A stretch of 13,145 nucleotides of DNA from Tubiluchus corallicola (GCA_030141605.1 JAQGDQ010002142.1:1-13145); one strand, 5' to 3'; shown: positions 1 to 9,228, counted from the first letter of the stretch. Program-made: numbers and translations. The notes: generated by a model from the letters alone, not told the origin.

Positions 1-143
1 TCTTTAGTATCAACAAAATCACAAAAAGTTCTGAAAATAAATGAATTTTCAGTGACTTCTTAAAATTAATTAACTAATAAATTAATTTTAGTATTAAAAA
101 TGTCCTGACTGTTAACAAATATTAAAATGTTCTTCTTTTGCAG

Positions 144-263
144 TTATGAATGTAAAATGGTCCGACACGGAGTCCCGTGCCCGGCAATACAGCACAGCTG
201 GAACGTTAATCCTAAAGAGAGCCATCTGTTGGCGAGTGGAGTACAAACTTCTGAGACGTACAA
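144..263 (+). CDS. Exon 1 in window: YECKMVRHGVPCPAIQHSWNVNPKESHLLASGVQTSETY(N), C-terminal half of an FN3 domain
   Basis: Acceptor ttcttttgcag ends at 143 and donor gtatgt starts at 264. It joins exon 2 in phase 2 (AA+C=Asn). GVQTSETYNIYV resembles the FN3 tyrosine corner. Confidence 0.8.
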
Positions 264-291
264 GTATGTAGCTACCACTATTTGTTTTAAT

Positions 292-545
292 GTCTTTACA
301 TGTGATGTTTTCCTGTGTCTTTACACGCAATGTTTTCCCGTATCTTTACACGTGATGTTTTCCCGTGTCTTTACACGTGATGTTTTCCGTGTCTTTATAC
401 GTGACGTTTTCCGTGTCTTTACACGTGATGTTTTCCCATGTTTTTACACGTGATGTTTTCCCGTGGCTTTACACGTGATGTTTTCCTGTGTCTTTACACG
501 CGATGTTTTCCTGTGTCTTTATACATGATGTTTGCCGTGTCTTTG
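292..545. repeat. 24-25 bp minisatellite, about 10 copies, consensus GTCTTTACACGTGATGTTTTCCCGT
   Basis: Directly visible head-to-tail units starting near 292, 317, 342, 367, 391, 415, 440, 465, 490 and 515. Confidence 0.95.
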
Positions 546-601
546 TAAAGGTGCAGCTGACTTTGTGGCTCTCTTTTTTGACATGGATTAGGCATTGTCA
601 C

Positions 602-902
602 ACACGGCAGTCAGAGTCACCATCTGTTTTTAAAACACGCCTCAATACCTTTTTATTCCAAAAAGGTTTTTACATGTAATTACATAATCAAATTAATTTA
701 AGTTGGATTTCCGTTAAATTTTATCTGAATAATTGTACAGTATGTATTATTTATCATTTGTATTATTATTTTATGCATCTAGTTTTATTGTAGTGTAATA
801 CAAATTTTAATCCTGTTCGCGATGTACTTTTACTCACATTTTTATTTATTACTAATTAAAAAGCTTTATTATTATTAATATTAATAAATTATTATTATTA
901 TT
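602..902 (+). mobile_element. 5'-truncated LINE (L2/CR1-like) 3' remnant
   Basis: 602-679 translates TRQSESPSVFKTRLNTFLFQKGFYM*, which resembles the L2/CR1 ORF2 C-terminal motif IRxxxSxxxFKxxLKTxLF. An AT-rich UTR-like stretch follows, then AATAAA (883-888) and an (ATT)n tail. Confidence 0.55.
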
Positions 903-934
903 GTAGATTTTAGTATCATTTTGTATCTTTTCAG

Positions 935-1073
935 CATTTATGTGATAGGTAGCTATAGCCTGGTAGAAAATGCATCCATTGAGATACCGATAAAATCAGC
1001 CGATGTCGAGTACTCCACCATGGGACCTCCGCAACAACCACGTGTCGAAGTCGTAGATGTCGGTGAAAGACAG
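935..1073 (+). CDS. Exon 2: IYVIGSYSLVENASIEIPIKSADVEYSTMGPPQQPRVEVVDVGERQ
   Basis: Acceptor tatcttttcag and donor CAG|gtgagt; phase 2 to 0. It holds the end of one FN3 domain and the PPxxP start of the next. Confidence 0.9.
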
Positions 1074-1129
1074 GTGAGTGAAGCGTGTTCCATCGTATAG
1101 CCTATTTGTATGAATCTCAGAATTTATTA

Positions 1130-1817
1130 CTGTAGGCGCCGCTTAACAGACTCACTTTGAGATGGTAACATTTATACATAATTAATGAATTGAATCTATT
1201 AGCTGATGGGTGTAGTGTTACTAATTTACAAGTGTGAGTCTTCACTCTTAAGCTTAGTATGTATTTACGGCAAAGACTGCAAGAGCTTTAAATGTTAGGT
1301 TTTTACTTTATTCTTATAATCTATTTTTCAAAGACTCTTGGTTGCTCTGTGATATTTACACTTGTAAAGTTGCAAAGAATACTGGTAAATTACCGCCGCT
1401 GCATCGGTAGCGTCACAGCAACAGTTAACTGATCATACATTCTACGAAAAGCAGCAAGAGCTGTAAAAGGAAACCGCTAGGCAAGTGATTGAAAGTTTAA
1501 CTTTCATAAGTTCTTGAGCAACGAGTCCAATTGCAGTAGAGGAACTAGGTGACATATTGAAAGCAAAACACTACACTAGCATATTAACGCATGATAAACA
1601 TACCTGCACTGAACATGACTGTTTCTATGTGTATTATAGTGCACAAAAGACGAAGTGAAGATTACTTATTTGAAGTGCCCGAAGCAAAAGTTTTAGGTCA
1701 ATTGCTGACAGTTTTTATACAAATTTGAATAGGAGTGGCCTGACGTTTTTGAGACATTTTTGAGTCAATTAAGCTACTGATTCTATTAACTTTGAGTCTA
1801 ATAAATGGCGCCTTCTG
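1130..1817. mobile_element. Degenerate non-autonomous Tc1/mariner-superfamily (Tigger/pogo-like) element
   Basis: Imperfect 25-bp terminal inverted repeats: CTGTAGGCGCCGCTTAACAGACTCA (1130-1154) versus the reverse complement of 1793-1817, CAGAAGGCGCCATTTATTAGACTCA (19/25). TA lies on the left (1128-1129) and CA on the right. A subterminal TIR-core copy sits at 1761-1774. Confidence 0.5.
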
Positions 1818-2511
1818 CACCACGAAACTGAAAACAAATCAAAAAGAAGGTTATTGACTTCTGTGGAAGAAATCTTAACTTGACAGTCTATGGAAAACAT
1901 AAATGCATAAACAAAATGGCTGGTCATGTTTCACTGTATTAATGTTTCTGCCTTTTTTATGTCAGGCCATTTTCAGAGCAAACACCTAGGAAAAACCACA
2001 CAGAGATTTTAGCCATCTTTGTAAATGATTATAAAAAACTGTTATGAACATGTTATTAACTAATTCAGTCACAAATAACATAAGTAAAATTTGAAATTCC
2101 ATAATGTTACTGTGGTAATAACTGCATTGTTTTGCCTAGGCGTTGGCAGCGAAGATGGCCTCAGAATACAAAGGCCAAAATATTAATACATTTACACATG
2201 ATCACCTGCTTTATTTTGAGCATTGATGTTTTTATTGCTTACCAAAAAAACTTTGTTTCATCAGCTATATGTAAAATTGTTCAATATTCTACTTATACAG
2301 CTGTATCAAGCACTTTAACACCACTTCAAAACAAAAGTGAAAAAAGGAATTTTCAGAAAATTCCAATAAATTTTATTCGAAGTTTAAAAAGTTCTTGCAA
2401 AAGGTGGTAATTTTCAAATTTTACGCTTTGAAATTAAAAAGAAATTTATCTGTTTTATGTTTTGACTATTTTTGTTATCTTAATTAATTATTTGCTGAAA
2501 TACCTGCACAG

Positions 2512-2650
2512 GTGACAGTGATGTGGGAGAAGGGAGACCATCATCAAGACGTACCTGTCATTGGGTTTAAGGTTTTATTGAACGGTAAACAACTGGGTCG
2601 TAACTTAGACAGAGCAACGTCTTGTACGACAGTCCAAGATCTGAGACCAG
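2512..2650 (+). CDS. Exon 3: VTVMWEKGDHHQDVPVIGFKVLLNGKQLGRNLDRATSCTTVQDLRP(G)
   Basis: Acceptor cctgcacag and donor CAG|gttagt; phase 0 to 1. It has the FN3 B-strand Trp, the C-strand GFKV and DLRPG. Confidence 0.92.
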
Positions 2651-2734
2651 GTTAGTGCGTTATTTCAAGCATTTGAAGATAGGAATTGCTTTTTTGTCTT
2701 TCTTTTTCCGACAGGATTTAGTCGCGTCTGGTCT

Positions 2735-3545
2735 CTGTGTGTGTATGTGTGTGTGTGTGTGTGTGTGTGCGTGCTTGCGTGCATGCATGTGCCTGTGATC
2801 TTATCTGTCTATGTGTCTGTTTGTCCATGTGTGTGTGTGTGCCTGTCTATGATCTTACCTGTCTATGTGTCTGTTTGTCCATGTGAGTGTTTGGACGTGT
2901 GTGTGTGCCTGTTTATGATCTTACCTGTCTATGTGTCTGTTTGTCTCTGTGTGTACCTGTCTATGATCTTACCTGTATATGTGTCTGTTTGTCCATGTGT
3001 CTGTTTGTCCATGTGTGTGCCTGTCTATGATCTTACCTGTCTATGTGTCTGTTTGTCCATGTGTGTGCCTGTCTATGATCTTACCTGTCTATGTGTCTGT
3101 TTGTCCATGTGTGTGCCTGTCTATGATCTTACCTGTCTATGTGTCTGTTTGTCCATGTGTGTGTGTGTGGACGTGTGTGTGCCTGTCTATGATCTAACCT
3201 GTCTTCGTGTCTGTTTGTCCATGTGTGTGTGTGTGGACGTGTGTGTGCCTGTCTATGTGTCTGTTTGTCCATGTGTGTGTGTGGACGTGTGTGTGCCTGT
3301 CTATGATCTAACCTGTCTTCGTGTCTGTTTGTCCATGTGTGTGTGTGTGTGGACGTGTGTGTACCTGTCTGTGTGTCTGTTTGTCCATGTGTGTACCTGT
3401 CTATGTGTCTGTTTGTCCATGTGTGTGTGTGGACGTGTGTGTGCCTGTCTATGATCTTACCTGTCTATGTGTCTGTTTGTCCATGTGTGTGTGTGGATGT
3501 GTGTGTGCCTGTCTATGATCTAACCTGTCTGTGTGTCTGTTTGTT
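2735..3545. repeat. (GT)n microsatellite grading into a compound minisatellite of about 48 bp (GTGCCTGTCTATGATCTTACCTGTCTATGTGTCTGTTTGTCCATGTGT) with variable (GT)n and an optional GGACGTGTGT module
   Basis: Exact 48-bp period at 3020/3068/3116; other units vary in length. Confidence 0.95.
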
Positions 3546-3844
3546 TACACAGTAAAACCAAAATAGATAAAGCTATAATCAACAAAGTTGGCTCAGAGAT
3601 AGGCCTGGAGAAAAGTTGAAAATTCGTTGATTTTGGGTTCGAAATATGGAAGGTCGAGATCACAAGATCAATAGTCTTCATACAATCAATCACCAAACCT
3701 AGCCCAGGGCTACATCTGGACAAGAACTAGGAACTTATTGCTTTTGGGTAAAAGGTCAAGGATCGAAGTTGCAAAATCAATAATTGTCAAAATAAATTTT
3801 TTTTGCCATAGTGTTTGCATCTCTATTGAGTGCCATCATTCTAG
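2735..3844 (+). mobile_element. Helentron-associated / HINE-type non-autonomous rolling-circle element (5' boundary uncertain)
   Basis: A 5' GT/GTCT-rich satellite is followed by two diverged core repeats of about 110 bp (starting 3578 and 3689; atcaacaaagttggc...ttttgggt versus atcaccaaacctagc...ttttgggt). Then come a 3' hairpin gca(t)ctc-tatt-gagtgc (3817-3833) and CTAG (3841-3844) followed by TT. Confidence 0.65.
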
Positions 3845-3873
3845 TTGACTATTACTTTACTTTACCTTTATGT

Positions 3874-4265
<392 letters not shown>

Positions 4266-4393
4266 GGTTTACTTTATTTTTGACTTTTGGTGTGCATTTT
4301 AATTACAGAGACTAAATCATTTGATTAAAGATCTTCATTTTCTATCATCAATGAATATTTGCAGTTTTTCAAACTCATTTATTTCTTCTACAG

Positions 4394-4598
4394 GTACAAC
4401 AACAGTTCTTAATATTGTCACCGTAGCCGGAAACAACTTTGGTTGCAGTCAGCCATCTGAAGACTTGCATGTCACTTGTCCGTTACCTCCGCAGCATCCA
4501 GTCATATCTAAACGACCGAGCTACCACTCAGGTTGCGCCTTGGTGAGCTGGGACGCTCCAAAATTTTCTGAAGTGGCTGGTGAAATAACATCATACAG
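4394..4598 (+). CDS. Exon 4: TTTVLNIVTVAGNNFGCSQPSEDLHVTCPLPPQHPVISKRPSYHSGCALVSWDAPKFSEVAGEITSY(S)
   Basis: Acceptor ttcttctacag and donor CAG|gtgggt; phase 1 to 2. FN3 motifs SxPS, PPxxP and VSWDAP are present. Confidence 0.92.
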
Positions 4599-4968
4599 GT
4601 GGGTTGGTTTGATTCGTAAAATTTCAAGTAGAGTTTTCAATCAATTTATTGCATTATTCCAAATTTTTATTATAGTTCACTGCACATAGTTCCGCCACTC
4701 TAGCTTGGTAGTGTCTCGACAGTTCTCACTTTAACGTTTACTTGTGAACAGTGCAACTCATTTGATACAAAGATTGGCTGTTCCTTCATTGACATTGCCA
4801 TAACAATGGAGAGGCGCTGGGGGAATTTTTTTATACTTAGGATATCCCTTTCTTAGTGAGAGCGTTACTTGGTAAACAAAATTTGGTGTTTGTTTACTGT
4901 TGTTGTTGCTGGTTGTTTGTTATCCTGTGTTAATCCACGTAATGTCTAAGACTGCTCTATATTTTCAG

Positions 4969-5089
4969 TGTTTATCTGGACACGTTGTTACATGGCAAAG
5001 TTGTTTCACAGAAAGAGAAAGAAGCCGTGGGATATCAGTACATGTTCAGTAACCTAAATCCTGGTCAAGTGTTCGACGTCTCTGTCAGG
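4969..5089 (+). CDS. Exon 5: VYLDTLLHGKVVSQKEKEAVGYQYMFSNLNPGQVFDVSVR
   Basis: Acceptor atattttcag and donor AGG|gtaatg; phase 2 to 0. NLNPGQVFDVSVRA is an FN3 E-F strand motif. Confidence 0.92.
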
Positions 5090-5266
5090 GTAATGAAAGC
5101 ATTTTAGTGCCTTATCTTTGCTTTCATTGAGTTGTCGAAATAAAACCTTTCTTTCAGAATCATCCTGGCCTGCCATTACTGCCAAGCATTCACTGCATCA
5201 AATTCAGACATTGCAGTAAGCGGTGTTACATTTTTTGTTGACCTAGCTTGGCGTATTAATAGAAAA

Positions 5267-5994
5267 CTAACAAAGGCCCCGCAAAAAATTTTGCGTATAA
5301 ATACACTTATAATCAAAAATACGCGAACATCCTACATAGTCCTGATTTATAGCGCAAAGCCAGTAGCAACTTTTACTGAATTAAAGTTATAAGGTTATAA
5401 GCAGAGTATAATGGATGACGTCAGAACAATGGCTTTGCGTCAGCAGTTTTCCAAGCAAGTGCAAAATAGAACCTCCAATCAACTCATCCCAGCTCCTCAT
5501 GAAGTAAGCATCCTAAAATGCAGCCCACATCATCGTGTAGACCTGTTCTTCCTCTTTCTAAAGAGCCATATATCTTCTTCCGAGGCATTCCACCAGGCGC
5601 CGCTAGAACATTTTTTCTATAGGCTGTTTGACCAAAATTTCGAAAAAATCTGGAGTTATGTTCTTGAAAACGCCCGTTACGGGACGCCGTGGCCCCCGCG
5701 AATTCTACTACACTCACCGCTGAACGGGCTATCTATGGGCATCATGCATGGCTGGTTCCCATTCTACAGAAGTCAGAGATATAAGTTTTGCAAAAAAATG
5801 GCCATTTTTGGAGGTTTTTCGCCCCCCGGAGTTTTTTCCCGGTGGGCACGATACGAAAAATAAACCCCCAATGGCATGACACTAGATCGAGACCTTTCGT
5901 TTGATGTATAGATCGCCGCAAATGGTGCCGTCATCAGAGCTGTAGCCTCGAATCTTATATATTGAGCCCATACCAGTGAAATTAATATATACGA
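5267..5994 (-). mobile_element. Non-autonomous Helitron (728 bp)
   Basis: The minus strand begins A|TCGTATATATT. It ends with hairpin CGCAAAA..TTTTGCG (5280-5295), then 13 nt finishing TTAG|T, a one-base variant of CTAG. It sits in an A|T target with no TSD and is more GC/CpG-rich than its flanks. Confidence 0.7.
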
Positions 5995-6334
5995 TAAGCT
6001 GCACAATAACTACTTTTTTCTCTGTGCAATACTTTCTTTTTTCCTTCTTAGGTGGTTAGCAATTTTAAAATTGCAAAGTGGTATATATTTTCATAATCTA
6101 AAACACTTAGTTGTGATTTTGTTTATACATTTATTGTATACACATCTGATCGCATAGGCCTAGTAAATAGCTTCCTTAGCTTACAAAATAACAAATTTTT
6201 TGTCTTACAGTTTTTGAATAAAACATTAGAAAGACAACTCTGACTAAATGTAGAATTTGTTAGTGCATTGTCATTATTCATTAATAAACTGGTATTCAGT
6301 GTAATTCATGAAAAATGAAAGACTGAGGTCCTAG

Positions 6335-6375
6335 CTGCAATATTTTCGATTTGTATTCCAATCATCATCAGGCAA
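6335..6375 (-). ncRNA. Minimal type I hammerhead ribozyme motif (Penelope-like element type)
   Basis: The minus strand reads UUGC-CUGAUGA-U-GAUU-GGAAUACA-AAUC-GAAA-AUA-UU-GCAG. This gives both core boxes, stem II GAUU/AAUC, stem I UUGC/GCAG and a vestigial palindromic stem III (AAUAUU). Confidence 0.6.
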
Positions 6376-6465
6376 AGAATCATCCTTTCAATTAATAAAT
6401 TTATTTAATTCATTTTTAATATATCAAAAAAGCATTAAATGTAGCTCTAAAATCATTCATTTCAG

Positions 6466-6657
6466 GCTCATGCTGGCGAATTCTTAACTGACAAGACGCA
6501 TGTGACACTGCGTGTATCAAGTGAGTTGTCAAACACGCTTCCGATTACCTGCTCGGCGCCCCCGGAATCACCACGGTTACGCATCGACGGTATTCATAGC
6601 AATGGTATAGAGGTGACCTGGCAGATGCCGCAGGAGTATGGGGATGCTATAGTGTCG
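6466..6657 (+). CDS. Exon 6: AHAGEFLTDKTHVTLRVSSELSNTLPITCSAPPESPRLRIDGIHSNGIEVTWQMPQEYGDAIVS
   Basis: Acceptor ttcatttcag and donor TCG|gtatgt; 192 nt, phase 0 to 0. Motifs APPESP and IEVTWQMP are present. Confidence 0.93.
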
Positions 6658-6934
6658 GTATGTTGGTATATTGAAAAAGAACAAGCATTTTGCTACGTGA
6701 AAAAGAACACAAAGTTGAATATCTCTTGTCAGAATCTCATATAGATCTGTTTGAAATCGACCAAGCGCAGCATCGAGGGGTGCAACATCATTGCAAAAGC
6801 AATGACAAAGACACCTACCTTTTGTTCTCATTATCCTTTTGGACTCGAGTTGTGGGGGCTTGAATTTATAAAGACAATGTATCTAACTACAGTGGAATGT
6901 TTCTATTCTAGAGTATAGTTAACAGATAACATGG

Positions 6935-7019
6935 CTGCTTTCTGTCTGGGAGATCATAGGTTCATGATCGGGTCATACTAAAAACTTTAATTGTGATACT
7001 GGCCATTGCTGCCCTGCCT
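6935..7019 (+). mobile_element. Decayed fragment of the same SINE family as 3875-4265, in the opposite orientation
   Basis: CTGCTTTC..TCTGGGAG...GTTC...CGGGTCATACTAAAAACTTTAA...TGCCCTGCCT is collinear with the first copy. 6969-6990 matches the reverse complement of 4172-4193 at 20/22. Confidence 0.7.
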
Positions 7020-7594
7020 AGCACATAGCTAAGCCTTTTCACAGCTTCGCTATGTGCTCAAGCAGTTGCTGTAGGTCAAAGGTTACTTGAATCCAGCGCG
7101 TCTTACTTAATTACAACAGTCACGTGACCTTACGTACGTAAGTACATGTAGGCAAAATGGGTGAAATGTGATTATTTTTATTATAATACTTAGCATATAT
7201 AGTTTTAAACTCACAGATTATTCTTATCTGAAAACAGCTACAGTAGCAAGATACCAGCCACAATCCAAAGTAAAATGAAATGAAGCAAAAATTAACACCG
7301 GTAATTATCGATGTTACAACATCATGGCTGTGAGGCATTGTCAACTGTAAACAAAAGCATTGTTTGGTTCAGATAACATTGTTAGGTTTACTTAGCCTTT
7401 GATCATTTCACGATCATCATCCATCGCTGGAACAATGAAAAACAGAAGCATTAGGATAAAATCGGGGTAATAATAATATCTGTTACGTACGTGGACTTTG
7501 TTGTTTAGCATAAAGTCAGCAATAAACTCATACATAGCTGGTGTTGTGAAATGAATTTTCAAGTCAACTTTGCAATGTGTGATTATTACTATAG

Positions 7595-7808
7595 GGTTAC
7601 CAGCTGTTGAAAAACGGTAAGCCGTACGGGACGGTGATTTCACCGGATGTGCTCAGTGCGTGCATCAGTGACATTCAACTCGGGGAGAGCGTGTGTTTAC
7701 AAATCGCCGCTCTGACTGATCACCCGGTGGGCAGGGTCCAGCCACGTGCTATGGGCAGTGTTACCAGTGAAGAAGACAGTGGGATAGCAAGTTATCATGC
7801 CGGGGATG
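7595..7808 (+). CDS. Exon 7: GYQLLKNGKPYGTVISPDVLSACISDIQLGESVCLQIAALTDHPVGRVQPRAMGSVTSEEDSGIASYHAGD(D)
   Basis: Acceptor ttactatag; donor G|gtaggt (phase 1) fits exon 8. An alternative donor follows 7812. It continues IVS-GYQL from exon 6. Confidence 0.88.
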
Positions 7809-8072
7809 GTAGGTAATGTTTTATTTATCATAAATTTAGCTGTCAGTTTTTTGTATGTTGATTCAGTTTGTTATAGTGGTTAGTCAGTCAGTTACCCGGT
7901 GAGTACTACAACCACTATTACACTCATTTGGTTTTCAAAGGATAACTTGGCAAAATTAACCGTTTAGTTGGTCATTCGTGCAGCTTTACTTGCAGATTAG
8001 TCAGTTAGCCAAACTGCTATAAATTAGCTATTAAAATTAATAACCAACAGCTAATTTTAGGAAGCGGGGGTT

Positions 8073-8150
8073 AAAAAATTGTGAATCAGTCTGGATTCGA
8101 TCTCTGAACTTTGTGGTATCAGGCTACATGCTTGTCAGTTTGAGCTATTG
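8073..8150 (-). mobile_element. Degenerate tRNA-like head (SINE remnant or tRNA pseudogene)
   Basis: The minus strand has TAGCTCAA (A-box-like, 8140-8147), then GATCGAATCC (B-box-like, 8093-8102), then TTTTTT. The cloverleaf stems do not pair well. Confidence 0.4.
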
Positions 8151-8272
8151 GAAACCTGACATTACCAAAGCAGGTCTGAATTCTCATACTAGCCAACATG
8201 TCATCTATGCATAATGAGGCTATGCATAATTAATTAATAATCTATTCTACAGTATCGTATTTCATATTTCAG

Positions 8273-8413
8273 ATGTTATTTTGGGTGAGCGCTATTCTGC
8301 TTGTTTGCCGGGACCAAAACTTATCGTCTGCTATTCTGGACTCGTGCTGCCACCTACCCACGTACGTTTGACTCATATTTCAGGAAACAGTGCCACCATT
8401 ATCTGGAGTAAAA
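8273..8413 (+). CDS. Exon 8: VILGERYSACLPGPKLIVCYSGLVLPPTHVRLTHISGNSATIIWSK(N)
   Basis: Acceptor catatttcag and donor A|gtaagt; phase 1 to 1. LPPTHV...SATIIW marks the FN3 A-B strands. Confidence 0.9.
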
Positions 8414-8700
8414 GTAAGTCATTGATTTTATTCTAATTTCAGTGTCAATCGCGAGAGAGTTTAAACATGTGAGTAGTATATAACTGAATTTATAGTGAAA
8501 TTATCCTTGTTTGCATACGTTTTTGCAACAAGATGGCGGTTAAGTATTATGTAGCTTGCGAAAAATTAAGATATCTATAAGTAACTACTGATTAACTGTT
8601 CATAAAGTTATTATTAAAATACTTAAAAATGTAAATTATAGTCAGAACTAATAATCTGTAAAAAATGGTTTTATATAAGTGTGTTAAAACATGACCTCTT

Positions 8701-9228
8701 GTAGTGTGTGCATAACGTGATGTTATAGTGCGTACATAACGTGATGTTGTAGTGCGTACATAACGTGATGTTGTTGTGCGTACATAACGTGATGCTGTAG
8801 TGCGTACATAACGTGATGTTGTAGTGCGTACATAACGTGATGTTGTAGTGCGTACATAACGTGATGTTGTAGTGTGTGCATAACGTGATGCTGTAGTGTG
8901 TAGATAACATGATGTTGTAGTGCATACATAACGTGATGTTGTAGTGCGTGCATAACGTGATGCTGTAGTGCGTACATAACGTGATGTTGTAGTGCGTACA
9001 TAACGTGATGTTGTAGTGCGTATGAACATAACGTGATGTTGTAGTGCGGACATAATGTGATGTTGTAGTGCGTACATAACGTGATGTTCTAGTGCGTACA
9101 TAACGTGATGTTGTAGTGTGTGCATGACGTGATGTTGTAGTGTGTGCATAACGTGATGTTGTAGTGCGTACGTAACGTGATGTTGTAGTGCGTACATAGC
9201 GTGATGTTGTAGTGCGTACATAACGTGA
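8701..9228. repeat. 24-bp minisatellite, 22 copies, consensus GTAGTGCGTACATAACGTGATGTT
   Basis: Strict 24-bp period with one 4-bp insertion (unit at 9013); the last unit is partial. Confidence 0.97.

Noticed and set aside
1803-2160. Cluster of YY1-like AANATGGC motifs (also CAAGATGGCGG at 8529-8539)
   Set aside because: Short motifs that are common in invertebrate transposon debris; nothing else supports a promoter here.
2741-3555. Cys/Val-rich ORFs resembling metallothionein or keratin-associated proteins
   Set aside because: An artefact of the GT-rich satellite, which rarely contains stop codons.
5411-5863. 150-aa ATG-initiated ORF inside the Helitron
   Set aside because: No recognisable Rep, helicase or host-gene motif; the length is plausible by chance in a more GC-rich segment.
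5891-5940. Second hammerhead-like pattern on the minus strand (CUGAUGA...GAAAGGUC)
   Set aside because: No stem II closes next to GAAA, and the flanks cannot form stem I.
8701-9228. CRISPR-like appearance of the 24-bp array (also 292-545)
   Set aside because: Units are contiguous with no unique spacers, there are no cas genes, and the context is a spliceosomal intron.
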